Below are positions 9,937 to 18,735 of a stretch of 64,000 bases of DNA, piece by piece. The DNA comes from Waterburya sp. (GTDB lineage Bacteria; Cyanobacteriota; Cyanobacteriia; Cyanobacteriales; Xenococcaceae). The notes under the pieces were generated by a model. That model was not told the DNA's origin. It worked only from the letters and a program-made list of their open reading frames with translations, and made no database searches. The translations under genes were made by a program, and so were the position numbers. The stretch lies in the NCBI GenBank assembly GCA_965217895.1, contig CBDCJV010000002.1:4224001-4288000 (forward strand). Reading direction: 5' to 3'. The stretch's first letter is position 1. Each line of letters opens with the position of its first letter.

Positions 9937-10734
9937 TCAAATATCCATGCGCTTAATATATACGTCCATGTTATTTAATTGAGTAGCACCAAAAACCGTA
10001 GCAAATGCTGCATCAACTGCATCTCTACCTGTGCCAATCCTGACTAAGCCATCAGTAGGTGCGAGGCGAGTTCCGTCAAAATAATACCATTGATTTCCTA
10101 GATATGCCTCAAAGCAAGCATGAAAATCTGGTGGCTGTAGTTGCCAAGCATAAGCTGAGACAAACCTGGCGGGAATATTTAAAGCACGACAAAAAGTAAT
10201 GCCTAGATGGGCAAAATCACGGCATACTCCTGCCCTTTCGGTGACGGTATCAAAAGCAGAGGTATGAGAATCTGTGCTGCCAGACATATATGTTATTTTG
10301 TCGTAAATCCAGTCGCAAATAGCCTGAACTCTGGCGTATCCTGGCTGACAATCACCAAATTCATCCTGTGCTAACCTCATCAGGCGATCGCTTTGGCAGT
10401 ATCGTGAAGGATATAAATAGGGAACAATATCTAAGGGTATGTCTGCGGGTGAATTTTCTATAGCTTTTGACGGATGATGCTGCTGCCCAATTAGTTCTAC
10501 CGTTGCCTGATAGGAAAGTTTGAGATTTCCTTCGGGTGCTTCTAGTCTAAAATAGCTATTTGCTAGATCGCTTTCTTGATAGGTTTCATAATCTAACTCA
10601 GGTTCTATTTGCAAATTTTGCTGGATGATTTGCTGCTGTTTATTGGCTACCGCCCGAATATTAAAGATTAAGGTGCTAGCAGTGGAAATCTCATAATCTA
10701 GATCGCATCCAACTTTAAATTTCATGGCGGTCAA
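9937..10734 (-). CDS. Transglutaminase-like family protein
   Basis: YLYPSRYC.SD, GVCRDFAHL..CRALNIPAR, DFHA.FE..W..FD catalytic Cys-His-Asp. Confidence 0.9.
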   Translation of the reverse strand: MTAMKFKVGCDLDYEISTASTLIFNIRAVANKQQQIIQQNLQIEPELDYETYQESDLANSYFRLEAPEGNLKLSYQATVELIGQQHHPSKAIENSPADIPLDIVPYLYPSRYCQSDRLMRLAQDEFGDCQPGYARVQAICDWIYDKITYMSGSTDSHTSAFDTVTERAGVCRDFAHLGITFCRALNIPARFVSAYAWQLQPPDFHACFEAYLGNQWYYFDGTRLAPTDGLVRIGTGRDAVDAAFATVFGATQLNNMDVYIKRMDI

Positions 10735-10766
10735 TACTGAATTAGATAGTCGAACATATATATCAT

Positions 10767-10790
10767 AAGGGTTTTTCGCTAAAAACCCTT
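10767..10790. terminator. Hairpin after GH13 gene
   Basis: AAGGGTTTTT-cgct-AAAAACCCTT. Confidence 0.55.
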
Positions 10791-10799
10791 GCTGTTTAA

Positions 10800-12449
10800 T
10801 TATTTGACAAATACCTGAGCTTCATATTCGGGTAAATCAATCGTAATCTGACCATCGCCAGCTTCAATATTATAATTACCAGTCCATTCGTGCCAAGTAC
10901 CATCGGCAGGGAAGTTAGGAATCGTACAATCAGCTAAAAAGTTGTCAGAGAAGTTAACCACAACTACTATTTGTGAGCCTTCATCATTCCAGCGAGTATA
11001 TGCCATCACCTTCGATTCTGCATCTTCATAGAAGAAATCGATATTTTCTGTATATAAGGCGTGATTTTCTTTACGGAGATGAATCAGGCCTTTGTAATGA
11101 GCAAAAAGATGCTGGTTTCGATCTCCTGCAAATAGCGTCCAATCGATTTTACTCGATTCTTGGTTTAGTGGCTGATAGTCGCCAAACTCTTCACCCATCC
11201 AAATCATCGGAATACCTACTGCGGTCATTAATAAAGCTGCACCTAGCTTTACTCGCTTAAAGGCAGCCTCGTCTACAATAGCGCGATTGCCCAACTCGAC
11301 CATTAATCTTGTCTGGTCATGATTACTAAGATAGTTGACTACGTTTGTTGCCCCTAAAAAGCCTTTTCGCTTACAGTCAAGCACGTCTTTTAACTCTTCT
11401 GGGTCATAGCGATCGCCACAAAGATGGGCAACTACGTTAGCATAGAAGCTATAGTGCCAACAGCTATCCATCGGTCCATCTTCATTAGTAATTGCTGCTT
11501 TTTCAGGAATGTGTTCGGCGACATTAAAAAATGGCTTCATTCCGCCATATTCTTTAGTGCGATCGACAATCCAGTGCATAAAATCGTAGTTATCGATTTG
11601 CTTGGCTGCATCGTAGCGGATGCCGTCAATGTGATATTCACCGATCCAAAAATTCACATTTTCACCAATGAATTTCCAGGCTGGTTTAATATCTAGATTT
11701 TGATCGTACATTTCGTAATTAAATTCTGGTCCCCAGCTATTGTCAGGATCGGTAGGGTCGTGATGAAACCAGTAGTCGTGGTCTATTTGCGTCAAAGGAC
11801 AGTCGGTATTGGCATGATTGTAAATTCCATCCAGAAATACTCGAATTCCTTTGCCATGACATTCATCAATCAAGTGCTTTAATTCGTATGTTGTGCCGTA
11901 ATTAGATTCGGCAGCAAAAAAATGTTGGGGACTATAACCCCAACTATAGGTGCCTGGATTTTCTTTGACGGGCATCAATTCAATGGCATTAATACCCAAA
12001 TCAGTTAGATAGTCTAGCTTTTCAATTACGTGCTGATATCTTCCTCTGGCTTTGGGATCATCTTCTCCACCTGAAAAGTCGCCGACATGGAGTTCATAAA
12101 TGATTAATTGATTATCTGCGGGTAAAGGTTTATCGTCATGCTGCCAGACATAAGTATCGACAATTTTTACGCCATCTTTAATAGTTATTGTCCCGTTTTG
12201 GCTCTCTGGAGCGATATCTACCGCATAAGGGTCGATTATTTCTACCCATTCATCTGGTTCTAGAAACCAGCTAAGAGAACGAACGCGAAACTTATATTCG
12301 TATTTTCCATCTTCTAGTTCCACTTCAGTCTTAAAATAACCATCGTCGCCCTTGGACATTGCCACAGGTTGCCAATCAGAAAAACAACCAATAACGGCAA
12401 CTTCTTTATTATATGGAGCAAATAACTTGAACTCTATTAAATTAGTCAT
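10800..12449 (-). CDS. GH13 alpha-amylase family glycosidase with N-terminal CBM48
   Basis: IYELHVGDF, AIELMPV, WGY, DGIRYDA, AEH, YLSNHD conserved regions. Confidence 0.9.
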   Translation of the reverse strand: MTNLIEFKLFAPYNKEVAVIGCFSDWQPVAMSKGDDGYFKTEVELEDGKYEYKFRVRSLSWFLEPDEWVEIIDPYAVDIAPESQNGTITIKDGVKIVDTYVWQHDDKPLPADNQLIIYELHVGDFSGGEDDPKARGRYQHVIEKLDYLTDLGINAIELMPVKENPGTYSWGYSPQHFFAAESNYGTTYELKHLIDECHGKGIRVFLDGIYNHANTDCPLTQIDHDYWFHHDPTDPDNSWGPEFNYEMYDQNLDIKPAWKFIGENVNFWIGEYHIDGIRYDAAKQIDNYDFMHWIVDRTKEYGGMKPFFNVAEHIPEKAAITNEDGPMDSCWHYSFYANVVAHLCGDRYDPEELKDVLDCKRKGFLGATNVVNYLSNHDQTRLMVELGNRAIVDEAAFKRVKLGAALLMTAVGIPMIWMGEEFGDYQPLNQESSKIDWTLFAGDRNQHLFAHYKGLIHLRKENHALYTENIDFFYEDAESKVMAYTRWNDEGSQIVVVVNFSDNFLADCTIPNFPADGTWHEWTGNYNIEAGDGQITIDLPEYEAQVFVK

Positions 12450-12722
12450 AGTAATAAATGTCCCAGGGTAATTGTAAATATCGGGACTATGGATGCAAGT
12501 ATAAAAAAATTAACAATTGCCAACATCTATCAAGAGAATGAGTCGCTTTGCTCCATTTGAAATTATTAATCTTTCTCTAAAAGCATTTTTGTTTAAAAGC
12601 CAAAAGCTGAAAGCTAAGAGCTATCAGCTACGAATAGTACTATATTGTAAATCATTCGCCTTTGTAAACTTTGAACTTTTAAGTAAGTGTGCAAAATTAA
12701 TTACACTAAGGTTGTTATCAAA

Positions 12723-12905
12723 TTTTTAGATATATTCGTTAAAAAAATTAATAAATCAACTGTAATAGTATTAGATAAGGCTCTAATTCATAAAAGTAAA
12801 GCTTTTCAAAAAAAGATTATTGAATAACGTAAAAAGAAATTAGAAATATTTAGGCTGGCGAATTACTCTGCGCAGTTAAATTTAATCGAAATATTATGGC
12901 GATCG
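12723..12905 (+). pseudogene. IS630-family transposase DDE fragment
   Basis: Own translation: TVIVLDKALIH..E*..LANYSAQLNLIEILWR (cf. IVLDNA..H / LPxYSPELNxIE..W); internal stop. Confidence 0.7.
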
Positions 12906-12931
12906 CTAATTAATTTTGCCTAGGTACGTAC

Positions 12932-13176
12932 TTATATTGTCGACTCTGAACGCCCCATGACTACAGCTAAATATCTAATTGTCTCTACCGCTTGTATTTT
13001 TAGTAGATATAAAGCTTGTATCTTGGCGTGACTCAACGCTTTTTTCTGCTTCTTCATCAAAGATTTTAAGCTAGATGCTGATTCGGCGATCGCTATTTTG
13101 GATACTCCTGACATAAATTTTGCTAGTTCTTTTTCTTCTATACTAAGTCTCCAGTTACTTTTGAGAATTGGTATTA
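12932..13176 (-). mobile_element. IS630-family N-terminal (HTH) fragment with probable IS end
   Basis: MSGV.KI.I.ES...L..L......IQALYLLK..A...GRSESTI, truncated. Confidence 0.65.
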
Positions 13177-13339
13177 TAAAAAACTACATTTGCTAACCAT
13201 CCAAATTAGTAGCATTAATACTGAACTTCCAACCTATTTTTATTTATAAAATAAAGAGCTACAACCTTCTATTTCATTAAGTTATAGATTATTTTCGCTA
13301 ATGATTCAATTCAATGATATGATCAATATCGTATAAAAA

Positions 13340-13413
13340 CGGGGCGTAGCGCAGCTTGGTAGCGTACCACTTTGGGGTAGTGGGGGTCGTGGGTTCAAAT
13401 CCCGCCGCTCCGA
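13340..13413 (+). tRNA. trnP: tRNA-Pro (GGG)
   Basis: Cloverleaf; anticodon arm CCACT-TTGGGGT-AGTGG; GGTTCAAATCC T-arm; CCA not encoded. Confidence 0.97.
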
Positions 13414-13417
13414 TACA
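13368..13417 (+). repeat. attL (3' part of tRNA-Pro)
   Basis: 48/50 identical to 46406-46455. Confidence 0.93.
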
Positions 13418-13421
13418 TTTG

Positions 13422-13445
13422 AAACCTTCTCCTAGAGAGGGTTTT
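13422..13445 (+). terminator. Hairpin after tRNA
   Basis: AAACCTTCTC-cta-GAGAGGGTTTT; similar sequence follows attR. Confidence 0.6.
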
Positions 13446-13532
13446 GTTGTTTCTAGATATATTTACAACTCCCTTTTTATTCTCAATAAGTAAGCCTTTT
13501 TTGGTGTTTTTCAGGGGGTTTAGAGCTAAAAT

Positions 13533-13620
13533 TGGTAGAAGATTGGTAGACGGATTTTAGCCCTTGAACCCCCCATGAATCCAAGCAAACAAGATATTAG
13601 TGGTAGACAAAGTGGTAGAC
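13533..13620 (+). promoter_or_regulatory. Putative integrase arm-type binding sites
   Basis: TGGTAGA(A/C) at 13533, 13544, 13601, 13613; matching pair at 46329 and 46340. Confidence 0.65.
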
Positions 13621-14774
13621 GGAAGAAAAAGGCGAAAGGAACAGTCAAGATTGAATCAGATAAAGGTTGGCTGAGACTAAGATTTACTCACGCTGGCAAA
13701 AGACGTGCCTTTGCTCTTGGATTACCAGACTCTAATATCAATTGTAAATTTGCCGAACAAAAAGCCAGGCAGATAGAATTAGATATCCTTTCAAGCAATT
13801 TTGATACTACCCTACAAAAATATAAACCCCAGAAAACCCAAGAGGAGATTGAAGCAGAGCTAATCACTACAGAAGAACTAATACTGAAATTCATTGAATA
13901 CAAGTCTAAGTTTGTATCTTCACCTCGTTCCTTAGAAAAATATCAATCTGTCCTAACTCATTTAAGATCTTTTAATTTAAAAGGCAAAAATGCCCTAGGT
14001 TCTTTAGTAACTCAATTTGCTGTTGATTTCAAACCAGATTATTCAGAGCAATTTTATCAATATTTATCAGGGAAATTGGCATCCCTTACTTTAAAACAGT
14101 CTATTGTCTGGCTATCTGCTTGTTGGCAATGGGGCATTGGGCAAGAAATAGTTGAATCCGATCCTTGGAAACCTCTAATTAAGAGAGTCAAAGTTCCACC
14201 CAAGCAAATGCCCAAGCCCTTTACTTCAGAAGAAATTAAGGCGATTATTCAAGGATTTGACCAAGATAGATATTACTCACATTATGCTGAGTTTGTTGAG
14301 TTTTTATTTGGTACAGGTTGCAGAACAGGAGAAGCAATTGGCTTGTGCTGGAAACATTTGAATGACGACTGTTCCACTGTTTGGATTGGGGAGAGTTTGA
14401 GTCGAGGTATTAGGAAAGCAACCAAAACCAATAGAGCTAGAACAATTACCCTAACAGCTAGACTGCGATCGCTTTTACTATCGATGAGGTCTGAAAATTT
14501 AGATTTAGATCGACCTGTTTTTACTTCTCCCAAAGGTAATCCCATTGATGACCATAATTTTAGAAATAGAGCCTGGAAATCTGTCTTATCTAAAGTAGGT
14601 GTGGAATATAGAAAGCCTTATAATACTCGTCATACTCTTATTAGCCACGCGTTAAATCAAGGAATGAATCCAGTTGAAGTCGCTCAACTAACTGGACATG
14701 ATGTTCAAACACTATATGAAAATTATGCAGGAAATGTGAATAGTCGTCCCAGACTTCCAGAGATTATCCTGTAA
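13575..14774 (+). CDS. int: Tyrosine integrase with N-terminal arm-binding domain
   Basis: TGCRTGE (R), KT, YNTRHT, LTGH..Y catalytic residues; next to tRNA. Confidence 0.95.
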   Translation: MNPSKQDISGRQSGRRKKKAKGTVKIESDKGWLRLRFTHAGKRRAFALGLPDSNINCKFAEQKARQIELDILSSNFDTTLQKYKPQKTQEEIEAELITTEELILKFIEYKSKFVSSPRSLEKYQSVLTHLRSFNLKGKNALGSLVTQFAVDFKPDYSEQFYQYLSGKLASLTLKQSIVWLSACWQWGIGQEIVESDPWKPLIKRVKVPPKQMPKPFTSEEIKAIIQGFDQDRYYSHYAEFVEFLFGTGCRTGEAIGLCWKHLNDDCSTVWIGESLSRGIRKATKTNRARTITLTARLRSLLLSMRSENLDLDRPVFTSPKGNPIDDHNFRNRAWKSVLSKVGVEYRKPYNTRHTLISHALNQGMNPVEVAQLTGHDVQTLYENYAGNVNSRPRLPEIIL

Positions 14775-14882
14775 TTTTTTTACATTAAAATTCTTCAGTA
14801 CTCAATATTGCATTTCAATCCTAATAGAAAAAAACTGTGATGATACAATAGAAATCTAAACATATGAGGTACTACTTGAGCT

Positions 14883-15065
14883 ATGGATATTCGAGAACTC
14901 ACCAAAAAGGTAAAAGAGTCAGCATCTAAAATGACTCGCGAGGAGAAAATACAACTGCTGAAAGATGCCAAGATAATTGACGAGTCTGGCTACTACTGTG
15001 AAGAATTCTTTTCAGCAGAAACAGTCGCTAAAGACAGAGCAAATGGCAAACCACTAGTAATTTAA
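14883..15065 (+). CDS. Small protein, candidate antitoxin
   Basis: GAGGT RBS, TAATG coupling to downstream gene. Confidence 0.6.
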   Translation: MDIRELTKKVKESASKMTREEKIQLLKDAKIIDESGYYCEEFFSAETVAKDRANGKPLVI

Positions 15066-15670
15066 TGTATTCGACAAAACCGAGTTTTGTTTATGGTTTT
15101 CACGGGATAGACAGAGATATTGCTATCCGTATCTTGAATCAAGAAGAAAATTTTCGTCACAGCAATAACTCCTATGATTGGCTGGGAAATGGAATCTACT
15201 TTTGGGAAAATAACTATCAAAGAGCTATTCAATACGCCCAAGAAGACAGCAACAGGTCTAATTCAACGATAACAACCCCTTTTGTTTTGGGTGCTGTTCT
15301 CGATTTAGGCAATTGTCTCGATCTGTTAGACCAAAAGTATATTGACTTTTTGTCGATTTCTTTTAAATTTTTCAAAGAAACTCTAGAAGAGGAAGGAAAA
15401 CCCCTTCCTAAAAACTCATCCTTTGGCAAATCGGATTTTGATTTTAAAAAAAGAGAATTAGACTGCGCTGTAATTCGTTTTACTCATCAACTAGCAGAGA
15501 AAAAAGGTATATATTTTGATTCTGTTAGAGCAGCTTTTTTAGAAGGAGAGCCTTTGTACCCAGGTTCGATGTTTAGAAAACAAAACCATATTCAAATAGC
15601 GATTATTAATCCCAACTGTATTAAAGGAATATTTTTACCAAGAGGGGAAGAACCCTTCCCCTCTTGGTAA
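15065..15670 (+). CDS. Putative ADP-ribosyltransferase-fold toxin
   Basis: GFHG ... DWLGNGIYFWE ... HIQI resembling His-Tyr class ART motifs. Confidence 0.55.
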   Translation: MYSTKPSFVYGFHGIDRDIAIRILNQEENFRHSNNSYDWLGNGIYFWENNYQRAIQYAQEDSNRSNSTITTPFVLGAVLDLGNCLDLLDQKYIDFLSISFKFFKETLEEEGKPLPKNSSFGKSDFDFKKRELDCAVIRFTHQLAEKKGIYFDSVRAAFLEGEPLYPGSMFRKQNHIQIAIINPNCIKGIFLPRGEEPFPSW

Positions 15671-15703
15671 TTTCAATGATTAAAAATGTCTTCTAAAAAG
15701 ATT

Positions 15704-16570
15704 CTAAGCAAACTCTTTAAGAGAGCGAATCATCCCACAAGACTTATCAAACAGCACTTCTGCCGTCCCCGTATCTCCATGCCTCGCCTTTGCCAAAATC
15801 AACTCTAAAATTCCAGGTTGAGAGGTAGCAGGATCGTAATATTCATCCCGATAAGCAAAGATAATATTATCTGCTACCATCTCCAAAATTCCTGACTGAG
15901 AAAGATCTGACATCATTGGACGCTTATTCTGTCTGACTTCTACCCCTCTACCGACTTGAGATAAAGCCAAAACTGGTACTTCCAATTCTCCAGCTAGTTG
16001 ATATAGTCCTCGACCCACATCACCCAATTCATAACTGCGATTACCACCATTATCAGATTCCATCATTTGTAGATAATCTACAATAACTAAACCTAGCTTG
16101 CCTTCTCGTGCTTTAACTTGACGAGCCTCAGAAGCAATTCCAGCTACGTTGATTCCTCGATTATCATTCATGTATAGAGGCAAATCTACAGCAACCTCAA
16201 CAATCTTGGCTATGCTCTCCATTTCCTTTTCAGTAAGAGAAGATAATCCAGCGCGATGTTGACGAAGGCGATGTCCATTAATTGGAACTAAATCTAGATG
16301 CTGATAGCAATCCATGCGACTCATCAAGCTCCAAAGCCGATACTCCATCTGATGTTTGGTCATCTCTAGAGAAAAGATGATTACAGGCAATTTATGTAGA
16401 ATCATCTGTTGCAAGCCGAGATAGAGAGAAATCGCACTTTTGCCCATCGATGCTCTAGCAGCCAAGAGGGTCAAGGTCCCTGGCTCAAATCCAATAATTA
16501 GTTTATCGAGTTCTGGAATACCAGTAGGATAAATCGGATTTTCTTCATCAAGCTGATTAAAAGCAGACAT
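15704..16570 (-). CDS. dnaB: DnaB helicase, C-terminal ATPase part (split gene)
   Basis: TG..ELD, AARASMGKS, FSLEM, VDYLQ, ALSQ, RP.MSDL.SG..E..AD, AKARHG.TG. Confidence 0.85.
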   Translation of the reverse strand: MSAFNQLDEENPIYPTGIPELDKLIIGFEPGTLTLLAARASMGKSAISLYLGLQQMILHKLPVIIFSLEMTKHQMEYRLWSLMSRMDCYQHLDLVPINGHRLRQHRAGLSSLTEKEMESIAKIVEVAVDLPLYMNDNRGINVAGIASEARQVKAREGKLGLVIVDYLQMMESDNGGNRSYELGDVGRGLYQLAGELEVPVLALSQVGRGVEVRQNKRPMMSDLSQSGILEMVADNIIFAYRDEYYDPATSQPGILELILAKARHGDTGTAEVLFDKSCGMIRSLKEFA

Positions 16571-17055
16571 AGCAATCTCGCTGTTTTGGTCTGTCTGAGA
16601 TCCCTTTGTTGAGTAACGCTGAATATTTCCTGCTCTGAATTATTCAAAAGCTTTTCTAATTCAAGAGTGGAATCATAGCCTAGATCGACAATTTTATGAC
16701 CGACTTCAATTACTTTTCGTCGATAGTATTTATCCATCACCAAGTCAACATAACGATCAATGTTAACTGCTGAAATAGTACGGTTCAACAATTGAGCCAA
16801 TTTAGCTGTTCCACCTACTTTGTCTAATCTGTCTCTATCTGCAAGATAGGTACTGATAGCCATGAAATCTGTCGGATTGCCTTGATAATAGAGTTTTAAA
16901 GCAGTCTGATAAATTTCCTGATGAGCCGAAACATAAAAAGCAGAAGGAATTAAAGAGGCTTCAACACGAGAGATTGCTTTAGGATCGAATAAAATTCCGC
17001 CTAAAATAGCTTCTTCAGCTTCAATATTGGCGGGAGGTAGATTTGCTTCTTTCAT
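16498..17055 (-). CDS. dnaB: DnaB N-terminal domain (split gene, frameshift in linker)
   Basis: PPANIEAEEAILGGIL..FY..AHQ.IY; reading frame departs from DnaB near 16580-16610. Confidence 0.85.
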   Translation of the reverse strand: MKEANLPPANIEAEEAILGGILFDPKAISRVEASLIPSAFYVSAHQEIYQTALKLYYQGNPTDFMAISTYLADRDRLDKVGGTAKLAQLLNRTISAVNIDRYVDLVMDKYYRRKVIEVGHKIVDLGYDSTLELEKLLNNSEQEIFSVTQQRDLRQTKTARLLCLLLISLMKKIRFILLVFQNSIN

Positions 17056-18050
17056 GCTAAACCTCTTTGAATTGATTCATTATCAAAAAAGCTTTTCATT
17101 CTCAGGTTACGTAAATGTTCGCAGCCCTCAGAAACGTGTTTGCCTAACGGTTTAGAAATCAGTTTTGATTGACTCTTTAGTTTGTCGATTCTTTTAATTT
17201 GGTTGTCAGGATTATCTAATAGTCGATTAAATTCTGATGTAGATATTTCACTCCCAGTTTTTCGATAGCCGTTTTTTTCCTGGTTTAACTGTTTCTGATA
17301 GTTGGCGATCGCTTTTTGTTTAGCGTTACCAACAACTGAACTCGAATCAGAATAGGATTTACGAGCTTTATTTTCCTTTTGGTACTTCTGATAATAAACT
17401 TCCCAACGATTTTGCCCTGCTTTAGTTTGACTGGCTAACCAAGCTTCTAAATCGTGTATTGGTTGTTGGAAGTTTTTAATTGCCTCTTTGACAAACTTAA
17501 AAAAATTCTCGCTCTCACCTTCTGAGAGAGTCTTTTTAAAGTCTATATAAGTCTTAGAGATCTTAGTAATTTCAAACCTTTGCTCTGAGCCAGTTTCAGA
17601 CGATGATGACGACACTAGTGTCGTCAGAGCGATCTTGCTGTCGTCTAAGCGATCCTGATGTCGCTGAAGCGACGCTGGTGTCGTCAAAACGATCTCGTTG
17701 TCGTCTGACGATTCTGATGTCGCTAATTGTGAATCGTCTTTTACTTCAGAATTGTTTTTACTATTGGTTGCAGACTTGGACTTGAGACGATATTTAAATT
17801 TGCTAATTACAAGTTCAATTAAGCTCTCTTGTTGCAACTTGGATAGAGCGCGTTGAGCAGTGCGACGGCTGATTCCTAGATCTTCAGCGATTTTTTGAGT
17901 ATCGGCTTCGATGAGTTTTCCTCCAAAAGGATCGTTAGTTTTCAACCATAGGTAGATAGAAAGCTCTGACTGAGTAAGGATTTGATTGAGTTGGAGAAAT
18001 TCTTGATGCTGAAGTGGATAAAACTTGCCTTGGACTTTTTTGGTAGACAT
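17052..18050 (-). CDS. Putative replication initiator (N-terminal winged HTH) with internal iterons
   Basis: IYLWL..IAEDLGISRRTAQRALSKL HTH; ATGA-coupled to dnaB; internal 20-bp repeats. Confidence 0.65.
   Translation of the reverse strand: MSTKKVQGKFYPLQHQEFLQLNQILTQSELSIYLWLKTNDPFGGKLIEADTQKIAEDLGISRRTAQRALSKLQQESLIELVISKFKYRLKSKSATNSKNNSEVKDDSQLATSESSDDNEIVLTTPASLQRHQDRLDDSKIALTTLVSSSSSETGSEQRFEITKISKTYIDFKKTLSEGESENFFKFVKEAIKNFQQPIHDLEAWLASQTKAGQNRWEVYYQKYQKENKARKSYSDSSSVVGNAKQKAIANYQKQLNQEKNGYRKTGSEISTSEFNRLLDNPDNQIKRIDKLKSQSKLISKPLGKHVSEGCEHLRNLRMKSFFDNESIQRGLA
17610..17726. repeat. Six 20-bp-period palindromic repeats (putative origin iterons)
   Basis: CGAY-N5-TGTCG starting at 17610, 17630, 17650, 17670, 17690, 17709. 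Confidence 0.8.
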
Positions 18051-18130
18051 GATGTAAAAAAAAATGTGTGGCGAATCAATGCCCCTGTTATCTATTGCAA
18101 GAGCATTGTTTAGTTATTGGAAGATCTAAT

Positions 18131-18424
18131 TTACTTAGATTTACGATTGCGCTTTTTCTGTTGATTAGAAAGCAGAGTAGCTAGGTACACCTCAATCCCT
18201 TTTTGGTGAGCTTGGGGATCGGAAAAATTAGCAAACCAATCTCGTAAAAGCCCTTCGTGATACCTAATAGTTCTAGAATTTAAACACTGAAAATGAATAC
18301 CTTGAGTCCAGAACTTTTTCCGATAGACTTGAAGTGTCCAAGTTGATATACCTAGCAACTGGGCAGCATCATTTTTGTCCAGCCAATTTTTATGAGTCAA
18401 GGTAACAGATGTTTGAGTTGTCAT
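18131..18424 (-). CDS. Excisionase/AlpA-like HTH protein
   Basis: WL...DAAQLLGIS..TL..YR...G.HF......IRY. Confidence 0.7.
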   Translation of the reverse strand: MTTQTSVTLTHKNWLDKNDAAQLLGISTWTLQVYRKKFWTQGIHFQCLNSRTIRYHEGLLRDWFANFSDPQAHQKGIEVYLATLLSNQQKKRNRKSK

Positions 18425-18735
18425 GATGTCCTCTTATTTGTAGTGTGCCGAGATACAGAACACGCAACTCTCTGAAGGTAAATGCTTACTAAGCTAAGAT
18501 CTATTTCTCTAAGGTCGAGTAAAATATAGATAGCACAGCGCAAGCTGTCTCTAAAGAGTCGAGCTTTACAGGGATCTTTTCATTTTGGTCGGTGAACCCT
18601 ATCTGTCTCGGCTCTTTTAAATTTATCAAAAAATTACTAATAAAACCAGTTTTATAGCAAATATTACAAAGTAATAATTTTATTTTGTTCAATATTGTGT
18701 AATATTATTTCAGGGCAACTGTTCTATTAAATACT

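Noticed and set aside
12517..12729. 70-aa ORF
   Set aside because: Runs through heptamer repeats; no recognisable protein features.
17610..17726. Possible CRISPR array
   Set aside because: 20-bp period without unique spacers, inside an ORF; fits iterons better.
18501..18692. 63-aa ORF as a Cro-like gene
   Set aside because: No HTH pattern, non-ATG start, lies in the AT-rich divergent promoter region.
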